Origin: an uncultured Oscillospiraceae bacterium
GTDB taxonomy: Bacteria; Bacillota; Clostridia; Oscillospirales; Acutalibacteraceae
Direction: 5' to 3'
Assembly: GCA_949295415.1 (NCBI GenBank)
Contig: CASFLA010000052.1
Location: 25,911 to 89,910, forward strand
Length of the DNA stretch: 64,000 nucleotides
Below, piece by piece: positions 10,001 through 19,787 of the stretch; the first letter of the stretch is position 1, and every line of letters begins with the position of its first letter. The notes beneath the pieces are model-generated. The model worked only from the letters and a program-made list of their open reading frames with translations, ran no database searches and was not told where the DNA came from. The translations under genes were made by a program, and so were the position numbers.

Positions 10001-11143
10001 ATGGCAAGTCTTTCACTTCGCAATATTTGCAAAAAGTATCCCGGCGGCGTTTTGGCTGTTCAGGATTTCAATCTTGAGATTAAAGATAAGGAATTTATTA
10101 TTCTAGTTGGTCCTTCGGGCTGCGGTAAATCAACAACTCTTCGTATGATTGCCGGTCTTGAAGAAATCAGCGCAGGTGAGCTCTATATAGGCGACCGTCT
10201 TGTTAATGACGTTGCTCCTAAGGATAGAGATATCGCGATGGTTTTCCAGAACTACGCTCTTTATCCTCATATGACCGTTTTTGATAATATGGCATTCGGC
10301 CTTAAGCTTCGTAAGACTCCGAAGGAGGAAATCAAGCGTCGCGTTGAAGAGGCAGCAAGAATCCTTGATATCGAGCATCTTCTCCAGCGTAAGCCTGCTG
10401 CTCTTTCCGGTGGTCAGCGTCAGCGTGTTGCTCTCGGCCGTGCTATCGTTCGTGAGCCTAAGGTATTCCTCCTTGACGAGCCGCTTTCCAACTTGGATGC
10501 TAAGCTTCGTGCACAGATGCGCACCGAGATTTCTAAGCTCCATTTAAGACTTGGAACAACCTTTATCTATGTTACTCATGACCAGACCGAAGCTATGACA
10601 ATGGGAACTCGTATCGTTGTTATGAAGGATGGTATTGTTCAGCAGGTTGATACTCCTCAGCATCTTTATGACCTTCCTTGCAACTCCTTCGTTGCAGGCT
10701 TCATTGGTTCACCTCAGATGAACTTCCTTGATGCTAAGGTTCTTAAAGAGGATGACACATTCTTTGTTGAGTTTGGTTCTGAGGATACTAAGACCCGTTC
10801 CGGTGTTAAGTATAAAATCAGACTTCCTGAATCCAAGAACAAGGATAACTGCCTTGAGCCTTATGCTAATAAAGAGGTTATCATCGGTGTTCGTCCTGAG
10901 CATGTTCATGATGAGGAAGAGCTCATTGCTAAGTTCCCCGATGGTATCGTTGAGGCAAACGTTGAAGTTACCGAGCTTATGGGTGCAGAAAAATATATCT
11001 ACACCGTATGCGAAGGTCAGAACATTAACGGCCGTGTTGCTCCGACTTCTACTGCTCGTCCCGGTGAAACCATTAAGATTACAATTGAGCCCGGAAAGAT
11101 TCATATTTTTGATAAGGATACCAATGTAACCATTACCAACTGA
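10001..11143 (+). CDS. CUT1-type sugar ABC transporter ATP-binding protein (MsmK/MsmX/UgpC-like), no adjacent permease
   Basis: Walker A GPSGCGKST, LSGGQRQR signature, Walker B LLDEPLSNLD, and a MalK-like C-terminal regulatory domain. Confidence 0.9.
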   Translation: MASLSLRNICKKYPGGVLAVQDFNLEIKDKEFIILVGPSGCGKSTTLRMIAGLEEISAGELYIGDRLVNDVAPKDRDIAMVFQNYALYPHMTVFDNMAFGLKLRKTPKEEIKRRVEEAARILDIEHLLQRKPAALSGGQRQRVALGRAIVREPKVFLLDEPLSNLDAKLRAQMRTEISKLHLRLGTTFIYVTHDQTEAMTMGTRIVVMKDGIVQQVDTPQHLYDLPCNSFVAGFIGSPQMNFLDAKVLKEDDTFFVEFGSEDTKTRSGVKYKIRLPESKNKDNCLEPYANKEVIIGVRPEHVHDEEELIAKFPDGIVEANVEVTELMGAEKYIYTVCEGQNINGRVAPTSTARPGETIKITIEPGKIHIFDKDTNVTITN

Positions 11144-11171
11144 TATAAATCTTAATAGTTTGTTGTTCAAA

Positions 11172-11207
11172 AGAAGCACAACTTACCAAAATTGTGCTTC
11201 TTTTTTT
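11172..11207 (+). terminator. rho-independent terminator
   Basis: Stem agaagcacaa / ttgtgcttct followed by T7. Confidence 0.8.
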
Positions 11208-11438
11208 GTTGTTTTAGAACAAACACCCTCAAAACCTATGTGCAAATTGCTTAATTAGGTTTACATAACGCGGAATTTGTAATCAAATTGTAACTTTTTT
11301 GTGTTTTTTGACATTTTGCACTTGAAAAAAAGGTGATTATTGTGTAAAATGATAACGTAATATTACTATGTCCAAATTTGGATTGGTGCAAAAAGAAGTA
11401 GCTTAACCATAGCATCAAAATAGAAAGGGTGTTTTGAA

Positions 11439-12530
11439 TTGTCAAACAGACTTTTCCAGGGTGTTATTCATCAGATCAAGGATGCAATCGATAGAACCGT
11501 AGGTGTTATCGATGAGAACTATACTGTTATTGCCTGCAGCGAGCTTGGCAAGATTGGTGAAACTCATGAGATTATGTTCTCGGCAGGTAATCTTACCTCT
11601 AATGAAGCTTTCGTTAAGGGCCAATATACTTATAAGCCTTTTGGAACTTTGCAGCGTCCTGAATATATTTTGTTTGTTGAAGGTAATGACCCTCAGGCTG
11701 CTAAATATGCTTCAATTCTTTCTATTTCTCTTTCTAATATCAAATTTTATTATGATGAGAAGTATGACCGCAGCAACTTTATAAAGAATATCATCCTTGA
11801 TAATATCCTCCCCGGCGATATTTATCTTAAGGCTCGTGAGCTTCGTTTTAACAGCGATGTTGCAAGAACCGTTTTTCTTATCAGAGTAAATCCTAATAAC
11901 GATATTTCGGTTTATGACATTATTCAGAATCTTTTCCCCGATAAGAATAAGGATTTCATTATAAATATCAGTGATACCGATATTGCTCTCGTTAAAGAGA
12001 TCAAGTCAGGAATCGATTCAACTGACCTTGAGAACCTTGCAGGCTCTATAGTTGATACCTTGGCAAGCGAGTTCTATTATACTAACGCTGTTGTTGGTAT
12101 CGGAACTACTGTTGAGGGATTAAAGGAACTTGCCCGTTCCTTTAAAGAGGCTCAGGTTGCTTTAGAGGTCGGCAAGGTTTTTGATACTGAAAAGGCAATT
12201 GTAAATTATGATAACCTTGGGATTGCAAGGCTTATTTATCAGCTCCCCACAACCCTTTGCGAGTCATTCTTGCGTGAGGTATTCAAGACCGCGTCTATTG
12301 AAACTCTTGACCAGGAAACCTTGTTTACAATTCAAAAATTCTTTGAAAACAACCTTAATGTTTCTGAAACATCAAGAAAACTCTTTGTTCATAGAAACAC
12401 CTTGGTTTACAGACTTGAGAAAATCAAGAAAATCACAGGTCTCGATTTAAGAGAGTTTGACCATGCTATTATCTTTAAGATTGCTTTGATGGTTAAGAAA
12501 TACCTAAGAGCAAATCCTGTTAAATATTAA
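11439..12530 (+). CDS. PucR/CdaR-family transcriptional regulator
   Basis: C-terminal PucR-type HTH (SETSRKLFVHRNTLVYRLEKIKKITGLD). TTG start. Confidence 0.8.
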   Translation: MSNRLFQGVIHQIKDAIDRTVGVIDENYTVIACSELGKIGETHEIMFSAGNLTSNEAFVKGQYTYKPFGTLQRPEYILFVEGNDPQAAKYASILSISLSNIKFYYDEKYDRSNFIKNIILDNILPGDIYLKARELRFNSDVARTVFLIRVNPNNDISVYDIIQNLFPDKNKDFIINISDTDIALVKEIKSGIDSTDLENLAGSIVDTLASEFYYTNAVVGIGTTVEGLKELARSFKEAQVALEVGKVFDTEKAIVNYDNLGIARLIYQLPTTLCESFLREVFKTASIETLDQETLFTIQKFFENNLNVSETSRKLFVHRNTLVYRLEKIKKITGLDLREFDHAIIFKIALMVKKYLRANPVKY

Positions 12531-12539
12531 CGAGAAAGA

Positions 12540-13277
12540 GTGAGAACAATTAACGAGGATTTTTCGATAGCTAAGGGCGCGATCAAAGCTGCACAGCCTA
12601 TAATTGAATTTAAAGGCGTTTCGAAGAACTACACTAACGGAACACGCGCTCTCGATGATGTAAATATTCAAATAAATAAAGGCGAATTTGTCTTTGTCGT
12701 TGGTCCCTCGGGTGCAGGTAAGAGCACATTTATGAAGCTCATTATGCGCGAGGAAAAGCCTAACACCGGTGAGATTACCGTTAACGGCTTTAAGCTGACC
12801 AAAATGAAAAGAAAAGAAGTGCCCTATTTCCGCAGAACAATGGGCATCGTTTTCCAGGATTTCCGCCTTATTCCCAATATGAATGTTTTTGATAACGTTG
12901 CATTCTCAATGCATGTTGTTGGAGCTTCCAGGCAGGAAATCAGAAAAAATGTTTCAAAGGCGCTTAACTTAGTCGGTCTTGCTGAAAAAGCAAGATGCAA
13001 GCCGGCCGAGCTTTCGGGCGGTGAGCAGCAGAGAGTTGGTTTGGCCAGAGCCCTTGTAAACAAACCGAACCTTATTATTGCTGATGAGCCTACCGGCAAC
13101 GTTGACCCCAATATGTCTTATGAGATAGTTGAGCTTTTAACCGAGATTAACCGCAGAGGAACAACAATTCTGATGGTTACTCATGAACATCAGCTTGTCC
13201 GCGATTTTGGTCAGCGTGTCATTATGATTGAAAACGGTAGAATTGTTGCCGATAATGCGAACGGAGGTTTAGCATGA
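12540..13277 (+). CDS. ftsE: cell division ATP-binding protein FtsE
   Basis: Walker [27 protein letters not shown]. Followed by ftsX with a 4-nt overlap. Confidence 0.9.
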   Translation: MRTINEDFSIAKGAIKAAQPIIEFKGVSKNYTNGTRALDDVNIQINKGEFVFVVGPSGAGKSTFMKLIMREEKPNTGEITVNGFKLTKMKRKEVPYFRRTMGIVFQDFRLIPNMNVFDNVAFSMHVVGASRQEIRKNVSKALNLVGLAEKARCKPAELSGGEQQRVGLARALVNKPNLIIADEPTGNVDPNMSYEIVELLTEINRRGTTILMVTHEHQLVRDFGQRVIMIENGRIVADNANGGLA

Positions 13278-14281
13278 AACTGACGAGCGTAAAATATCTT
13301 ACCGACAACGGCTTTAAGAATATATGGGCTAATAAGCTGATGTCGGTAGCATCTATCGGTGTGCTGGTTGCGTGTATGTCGGTTATCGGTCTTGCAGTTG
13401 CAATTTCTGCAAACGTTGACCATGCGTTAAACGAACTTGAAAAAGAAAATGTTGTTATGGCTTATTTTGATGATAAGAGCCATGCAATTTATGAAAAAAC
13501 CGAGGATAAGAAAACCGAGGATGATGCGGCCGCCTCTGTTACTGAGGATGATTATGTTGTTAAATCCTATGTTGATGCAATCCTTATCTGTGAAAAGATA
13601 GGTGACCTCGAAAATGTCAGAAGCGTTGAGTTTATCACAAGCGAACAAGCGCTTAAGGATGCAAGAGAATCCTTGCCTGAAGACCAGCGTGAAGCTTTCG
13701 ATAGTTTAGGTGAGGGTGAATTTGGAAACCTTTTCTCAAGCAGCGCAAAGATAACAATGCGCAATTTGGAAAAGTTTTCTGAAACAATAGAGGAAATCGA
13801 AGGAATAACAGGCGTTGCCAGAACCTCATCGGCTCAGGATATCGCTAAGAAGATGATTGCCATTGAAAAGGCAATCAACATTGTCGGTTTCTGGATAATC
13901 GCATTATTGTTGGTTATTTCCATTGTTATCGTTTCTAATACAATTCGCGTAACAATGTATAACAGAAAATTGGAAATCAGCATTATGAAGGCGGTTGGCG
14001 CAACCGATTCTTTTGTCCGCTTGCCCTTTATTGTTGAAGGTGTAACTATCGGCACAGCTTCGGCTTGTATCACCACCGCGATTTTATATTTCGTTTATAA
14101 TGCCGTTAAAGGCGCCGTTAAAACCGAACTTGGTCTTGCTAATGTTGTTCCGTTCTCGGAATTTTTATGGACCGTGTTTGGACTCTTTATTGGTATCGGT
14201 TGCCTCGCCGGCTTACTTTCCAGCGCATTTATGATAAATAAATATTTAAAAAAGGAAGGCAGTGAATTCCGTGCACTTTAA
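13274..14281 (+). CDS. ftsX: cell division permease-like protein FtsX
   Basis: N-terminal TM helix, a large extracellular loop and 3 C-terminal TM helices (FtsX topology). Coupled to ftsE. Confidence 0.85.
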   Translation: MKLTSVKYLTDNGFKNIWANKLMSVASIGVLVACMSVIGLAVAISANVDHALNELEKENVVMAYFDDKSHAIYEKTEDKKTEDDAAASVTEDDYVVKSYVDAILICEKIGDLENVRSVEFITSEQALKDARESLPEDQREAFDSLGEGEFGNLFSSSAKITMRNLEKFSETIEEIEGITGVARTSSAQDIAKKMIAIEKAINIVGFWIIALLLVISIVIVSNTIRVTMYNRKLEISIMKAVGATDSFVRLPFIVEGVTIGTASACITTAILYFVYNAVKGAVKTELGLANVVPFSEFLWTVFGLFIGIGCLAGLLSSAFMINKYLKKEGSEFRAL

Positions 14282-15482
14282 AAGATTTTTAGCTATTTTA
14301 TTATGTGCAGTAACTGTTTTGAGCGTTCCGTTTCTTGCTCCTATAGAAGTTAAAGCCGCAACAAAGGAAGAGCTTGTTGATAGCTATAAAGAGCAGATAA
14401 AGGAACTTGAGGAAGAGCAAAAGCATCTTGAATCAGAAATTAAAGATCTTAAGGCTGATAAAGCCGAGCAGAACACCATCAAGCAGGCTATAAATAGAAA
14501 AATTGCTAACCTGCAGTCACAGATTGACACCTGTAACCACCAGTTATGGACATCAGAAAAACAGGTAGAACAGCTTGGCAATGAAATTAAAGCAAAAAAT
14601 GCCGAGCTAGAAGAAGCAAAGTTTGCTTTTAAAAAGCGTATCAGAGCTATATATATGAGCGGCGGCATGACTGCCTCCTCTCTTGCGCTTTTATTAAGCG
14701 CTGAAAACTTTACCGACCTGCTTTCAAAAACTGAAATAACAAGAAGCCTTACCGCCTATGACAGCGCTCTTACCGAAAGAGTTTCAAATGATATTAAGGA
14801 TATCCAGGCTAAAGAGGCTGAAATTAAAAAGCTTCAGGAAGACCAGGAAGCTATAAAGGCAACCTTGAATGCTAAAAAGGCTGAGCTTAAAGATGATGCC
14901 AAAGAGGTTAATGCTGAGATTTCAGATATCAACAACAGTATCAATGCCGTTCAAAATCAGGCTGATGCCATTGAGGATGCTATTAAAGAGTTTGAAGCTG
15001 AGATTGAGGCGGCTTTAGGCGTTGGTAAGGATCAGATTATGGAGGGTGACTTCCTCTGGCCTCTTGAAAAATACAAAAAAGTCGGCTCGCCTTACGGATA
15101 CAGAATCCACCCCATTACGGGAAAGCGTAAGTTCCATAAGGGTATTGATATCGGTGGCGCAGGAATTAAGGGTCAGCCGATTCGCGCTGCAGCTGATGGA
15201 ACAGTATCTATTGCTTCATATAACTATGGCGGCTATGGTTACTATGTTATGATTAACCATGGTCAAGCATCTGACGGTAAGTCGTATGTAACTCTTTATG
15301 CCCATATGAGCAAGTATATTGTTAAGGTTGGGGATAAGGTTAAGAAGGGTCAAACGATTGGATACGTTGGAACAACCGGCGCATCAACGGGATACCACCT
15401 GCATTTTGAAATTCGTGTTAATGATAACCCGAATAAGCACCCGCTCAATTACGGCACGGTCAATCCTATGAATTTCTTTTAA
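14262..15482 (+). CDS. coiled-coil M23 family metallopeptidase (PcsB/EnvC-like)
   Basis: Signal peptide, ~230-aa heptad-rich region, and a C-terminal M23 domain (HKGIDI, GYHLHFEIR). Either GTG at 14262 or 14271 could be the start. Confidence 0.85.
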   Translation: MNSVHFKRFLAILLCAVTVLSVPFLAPIEVKAATKEELVDSYKEQIKELEEEQKHLESEIKDLKADKAEQNTIKQAINRKIANLQSQIDTCNHQLWTSEKQVEQLGNEIKAKNAELEEAKFAFKKRIRAIYMSGGMTASSLALLLSAENFTDLLSKTEITRSLTAYDSALTERVSNDIKDIQAKEAEIKKLQEDQEAIKATLNAKKAELKDDAKEVNAEISDINNSINAVQNQADAIEDAIKEFEAEIEAALGVGKDQIMEGDFLWPLEKYKKVGSPYGYRIHPITGKRKFHKGIDIGGAGIKGQPIRAAADGTVSIASYNYGGYGYYVMINHGQASDGKSYVTLYAHMSKYIVKVGDKVKKGQTIGYVGTTGASTGYHLHFEIRVNDNPNKHPLNYGTVNPMNFF

Positions 15483-15488
15483 ATCAAA

Positions 15489-15514
15489 ATGCGGACTGAA
15501 TATTCAGTCCGCAT
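15489..15514 (+). terminator. perfect 26-nt palindrome (possible weak terminator)
   Basis: atgcggactgaatattcagtccgcat followed by ttctgc. The T tail is poor. Confidence 0.4.
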
Positions 15515-15538
15515 TTCTGCAATTGGGGCGTTTTATTT

Positions 15539-16726
15539 ATGGAAAAAACTTATTCGTTAAAGCATCTAGTAACCGTTGTCTGTTTTGCTATACTGGTTTC
15601 GGTTTTAATAACTGCATTTGCTTTTCAGTGCTTTGTAATAGCACCAAGAAACGATTTAGATGCTTATAATGCCAAGCTTTCGGAAATCAATAGTCTTGTA
15701 GAAAAATACTATGTTGGTGAGGTGGATGCCGATGTTATGGCAAACTATCTTGCCGCGGGTTATACTGCAGGTTTAAACGATAAATACGCTCAGTATTTTT
15801 CAAAAGAAGAGGCAATAGAAAGCCTCAACAGCTTTAAAGGGGTTAATTCGGGAATGGGTGTTCAGGTTTCTTCTCACCCTGATACCTTGAATATACTGGT
15901 TCTTGAGGTTCATAAGGGCAGCCCTGCCGAAAAAGCAGGTCTAAAACAAAATGACCAAATTGTCAAAATTGATGATAAGAAGGTCAGCGAATATGGATAT
16001 AGCAATACTATGCAGTATATAAAGAGCCAGCCGCTTGGCACAGAATTAACCTTGGTTGTTCTACGCAATCAAAAGGAAGTTTTGGTTAAATTAAAGCTTG
16101 CCAATTATGATTCTCAGTCGGTCTTTTATAGTAAGCAGGGCGATTATGGATATATTCAGATTACCACCTTTAATAATAAATCTCCCGAGCAATTCAAATC
16201 TGTATTAGAAGATTTGAGGGCCAAAGGTGTTAAGGGCTTTATTTTTGACCTTAGAGGCAACGGCGGCGGAACCTTGGATTCGGTTAACGCTATGGTTGAT
16301 ATGCTTATCCCTGAGGGCCTGATGGTTAGAGTCGAATATAAGGACGAAAGATTAAATGAAACATATAATTCCGATAAGTTAGAAGAAAATTTGCCAATGG
16401 TTGTTTTAACTGATGAGTCAACCGCGAGCGCATCAGAATTGTTTTCTCAATCCTTAAAGGACTATAACAAAGCTAAAACAGTTGGCAGAAAAACCTATGG
16501 CAAGGGCGTTGTTCAGAAGACATTCAGTTTGTCTGACGGCTCGCTTATTAAATTCACAATCGGTAAATACTATACAAAAAACGGAACCTGCCTAGATGGC
16601 ATTGGCGTTATTCCCGATATCGCGGTAGAATACCCCGAAAATGAACTGAAATACCGATTTATTAATGGTCTTTCTAAGGATAAAGATTTTATTGCTGCAA
16701 AGCAATATCTTGATTCATTGTCTTAA
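15539..16726 (+). CDS. S41 carboxy-terminal processing peptidase (CtpA/CtpB-like) with a PDZ domain
   Basis: TM anchor, PDZ (GSPAEKAGLKQNDQIVKID), and catalytic blocks FDLRGNGGG, SASASE and GKG. Confidence 0.9.
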   Translation: MEKTYSLKHLVTVVCFAILVSVLITAFAFQCFVIAPRNDLDAYNAKLSEINSLVEKYYVGEVDADVMANYLAAGYTAGLNDKYAQYFSKEEAIESLNSFKGVNSGMGVQVSSHPDTLNILVLEVHKGSPAEKAGLKQNDQIVKIDDKKVSEYGYSNTMQYIKSQPLGTELTLVVLRNQKEVLVKLKLANYDSQSVFYSKQGDYGYIQITTFNNKSPEQFKSVLEDLRAKGVKGFIFDLRGNGGGTLDSVNAMVDMLIPEGLMVRVEYKDERLNETYNSDKLEENLPMVVLTDESTASASELFSQSLKDYNKAKTVGRKTYGKGVVQKTFSLSDGSLIKFTIGKYYTKNGTCLDGIGVIPDIAVEYPENELKYRFINGLSKDKDFIAAKQYLDSLS

Positions 16727-16727
16727 A

Positions 16728-17036
16728 TTATTCATCGTAGTCTTCTAAAATCGTGTTGAGCTCGGCCTCTGAATAGGCGGGAATACCGATTTTTAATAAA
16801 TCTCGGTCATATTGAGGAAGGTCCCTTATATAAGGACTTTCGAGTATTCTTTCGGGCGATTCGTTGCCGTCAATAAAAACGGCAATTTTCCCCTCATATT
16901 CCTTAACTGTGTAAACTATTTGCGATTGGTTATTATAACTATCATTATTGCCGGTTCCGATTGCATCAACCGTCAGGTAAACAGCAGAAAACAGGCATAG
17001 CATAATAAATGCTGTTATCCACATAATTCTGTTCAA
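16728..17036 (-). CDS. small membrane-anchored protein resembling the BofC C-terminal domain
   Basis: TTG start with AAGGAGGGG SD. TM helix, then YTVKEYEGKIAVF...DLPQYDRDLLKIGIPAYSEAELNTILEDYDE, which matches my recollection of BofC_C-type clostridial proteins. Confidence 0.55.
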   Translation of the reverse strand: MNRIMWITAFIMLCLFSAVYLTVDAIGTGNNDSYNNQSQIVYTVKEYEGKIAVFIDGNESPERILESPYIRDLPQYDRDLLKIGIPAYSEAELNTILEDYDE

Positions 17037-17055
17037 ATTAACCCCTCCTTATTTT

Positions 17056-17159
17056 ATAACGATTGTAGTTTGTCTAAACGCTCATAAAGCGTTTAGACAA
17101 GTCACTCAAAAAGTGGCTTTAGCGGCGAAACAAGATGGTTTCGCCTAACCTATTCCATT
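17056..17159 (+). repeat. copy A of a ~105-nt three-hairpin element (candidate 5' leader RNA of the PBP1A gene)
   Basis: About 75% identical to the reverse complement of 34701-34806. Hairpins at 17072-17098, 17099-17119 and 17124-17145. Preceded by TTCAAA-17-TATAAC (17032-17060). Confidence 0.6.
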
Positions 17160-17306
17160 GGTTTTAGTGTTGGCGGGGAATAAGTTTTATATTCAGCAGA
17201 ATATAATATAATTAAAATCTTAACCGGACAAGGAATTAGTAACAATACTGTAACACACAAAACGATAATTTTGTGATAAAATCAAAGTGCATCAAAAGAT
17301 TAGGAG

Positions 17307-19769
17307 GTGTTGCTCGTGAGTGATTTTGAAAACAAAAATAATAACGGCAATGATTATGACCTTGAGTATTTTGCAAGTTCAAAATCCAAAAAAGAGCCCG
17401 AAATATCAGATGATGTTTTTAACTTAGCTTCCTTTAATGAGGATAATTCTCTTTCTAATGAGGATGCTTTTGTTAATCTTAATGAGCCTAAGGCCGAGGA
17501 GCAGGAACAGGAGTTAAGCCTTGCTTCATTCGGCAAGAAGCGCAAGGAAATTAAAAAAGAGCAAATTGAAGATAAAAAAGCATTGCTTAAAAAGAAACTG
17601 AGGACTTTCGGTAAGGTTGCATTATCTGTATTCCTAATCGGCGTTATAACAGGTTGCTTAGTTGTTGGTGCTTTTGCGGTTTATGTTTTTAACTTTGTTG
17701 ATGATACTGTTCATGAGGACCTTGATGAGTTAACTCTTGATTATACAACATCTATTTATACTCTTAATAAAGACACGGGCAAATTCGAGGAATACAAGAG
17801 GCTTCATGGCGTTGAAAATCGTATCTGGGTTGATTTTGGAGAGATGCCTTATAACCTTCGCTATGCTTTTATAGCGGTTGAGGATAAGCGCTTTGAAAAG
17901 CATAACGGTATTGACTGGAAGCGAACCGTTTCCGCCTTTGCCAATATGTTTATTGACCTTTATTCCTCTAATCAGGGTGGTTCAACCATAACTCAGCAGC
18001 TTGTTAAGAACCTTACAGGCGATGATGAGCAGACCCCGATGCGTAAAATCAGAGAGATTATGCGCGCAAGATATTTAGAGGGTGAGTATGAGAAGGATAC
18101 AATCCTAGAATGCTATCTTAATACAATCTGTCTTGCAGGCGGTATGTATGGCGTTGAGGTTGCATCGAACTACTATTTCGGCAAGAGTACGAGTGAATTA
18201 ACCCTTGTTGAGTGCGCTTCCTTGGCATCTTTGGCTAAAAACCCCGAAAAATATAGGCCCGACCGAAATCCTAATAACAATAAAGAGCGTAGAAATACCG
18301 TTCTTAAGCTAATGTATGACCAGGGCTATATAACTAAGGACCAGTATAATGCGGCTAAAGCAGAGGAGCTTACCATTGTTGCGGATAAGTCCTCCGTTAG
18401 CTCAATAGAGGTTAATAACTATTTCGTTGACACCCTTATTGAAGAGGTTATTGACCGATTGGTTGAAGAAAAGGGTATGGATAGGTCTTATGCCTCCAAG
18501 CATTTCTATAACGGCGGATATAAGATTTATTGCACACTTGATGTTGATGTTCAAAACGCGCTCGATAAGGAATATAAAAAAGAAAAAACATATTTTACCT
18601 TACAGAGCCGCAAGGATAATACTAAATACGTTCAGTCTGCGATGACTGTTATGGATTATGAGGGCCATATTGTCGGCATCGTTGGCGGCTCAGGCGTTAA
18701 AACCGATAACCGCGGTCTTAACCGCGCAACCATGTCCTATCGTCAGCCCGGTTCAACCATAAAGCCGCTTGCGGCTTATGCCTTGGCTTTGCAGAAAAAT
18801 CTTATTCATTATTCGCAGATAGTTGATGATAATCCGCTTGATAATTACTATCCCGATAAAACTCCCGGTCCTAAGAATTGGTATAATAAATATCGCGGAA
18901 AGGTAACTATAGCTAAAGCACTTGAAGTATCAATGAATACTATACCTGCTAAGCTTGTTAAGCAGATGGGCGTTCAGAACTCCTACTATTTTGTTGCTAA
19001 CACCTTGGGACTTGACCGCCTTGATGCCACCGAGGACCTTAACCTTTCATCGCTTGGCCTTGGCGGAACACACGAGGGCATAACAACTACCCAGTCTGCC
19101 GCCGCATTCGCTATATTCGGTAACCTTGGTAATTACTATGAACCTACCACATTTATTAAAATGATGGACCAGCACGGTAATACCATTTTAGAGCAGGGCG
19201 ATGGCAGAACTGCTATCGATGAAAATACTGCTACTATTATGAATCAGCTGCTTCAGGGTGTTGTTTACGGATCTGAAGGAACAGGTAGTATTGCTCAGGG
19301 CTTTAGTGAAACCATGAAAGCCTATGCTAAAACCGGAACCTCGAGTGATACTCGTGATTCTTGGTTTGTTGGCGGAACACCCTATTATGTTGGCTCCTGC
19401 TGGTTCGGCTTTGATAGTAACGAAACATTAAGAAACTCAACTCTTGCTAAGAAAATGTGGACTGCTGTTATGAAAGAGGTTCATAAGGACCTTGAGCCTA
19501 AAGAGTTTAAACGCAGTGAGTTTATAACAAGAAGATATTATTGCGAGTCAACAGGCTTGCTCGCAACCGATCAATGCACTCAAACCACTTTAGGATATTA
19601 TAAGACCAACTATTCGTTGCCGGGCAGTTGCACGGCGCACCCGGGTGAGCTTTTGCCTGAATATGTTGACCCTGTTATTCTTCCTGAAGGCGAGGGTGAA
19701 GGAAAGGGAGCTGTTGAGGGCGGTATAACCGACCCCACCGCCCAGCTTCCCACAACACCTGCTAACTGA
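17307..19769 (+). CDS. class A penicillin-binding protein (PBP1A family glycosyltransferase/transpeptidase)
   Basis: GT51 motifs (AVEDKRFEKHNGID, GGSTITQQL) and transpeptidase motifs (SxxK in GSTIKP, KTGT). The start may instead be the GTG at 17316. ~100-aa acidic cytoplasmic tail. Confidence 0.9.
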   Translation: MLLVSDFENKNNNGNDYDLEYFASSKSKKEPEISDDVFNLASFNEDNSLSNEDAFVNLNEPKAEEQEQELSLASFGKKRKEIKKEQIEDKKALLKKKLRTFGKVALSVFLIGVITGCLVVGAFAVYVFNFVDDTVHEDLDELTLDYTTSIYTLNKDTGKFEEYKRLHGVENRIWVDFGEMPYNLRYAFIAVEDKRFEKHNGIDWKRTVSAFANMFIDLYSSNQGGSTITQQLVKNLTGDDEQTPMRKIREIMRARYLEGEYEKDTILECYLNTICLAGGMYGVEVASNYYFGKSTSELTLVECASLASLAKNPEKYRPDRNPNNNKERRNTVLKLMYDQGYITKDQYNAAKAEELTIVADKSSVSSIEVNNYFVDTLIEEVIDRLVEEKGMDRSYASKHFYNGGYKIYCTLDVDVQNALDKEYKKEKTYFTLQSRKDNTKYVQSAMTVMDYEGHIVGIVGGSGVKTDNRGLNRATMSYRQPGSTIKPLAAYALALQKNLIHYSQIVDDNPLDNYYPDKTPGPKNWYNKYRGKVTIAKALEVSMNTIPAKLVKQMGVQNSYYFVANTLGLDRLDATEDLNLSSLGLGGTHEGITTTQSAAAFAIFGNLGNYYEPTTFIKMMDQHGNTILEQGDGRTAIDENTATIMNQLLQGVVYGSEGTGSIAQGFSETMKAYAKTGTSSDTRDSWFVGGTPYYVGSCWFGFDSNETLRNSTLAKKMWTAVMKEVHKDLEPKEFKRSEFITRRYYCESTGLLATDQCTQTTLGYYKTNYSLPGSCTAHPGELLPEYVDPVILPEGEGEGKGAVEGGITDPTAQLPTTPAN

Positions 19770-19787
19770 TACTCGTAAAATAAATAT

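Noticed and set aside
11251-11445. 64-aa minus-strand ORF upstream of the PucR-like regulator.
   Set aside because: It lies in an AT-rich promoter region, has no SD and gives a low-complexity hydrophobic translation.
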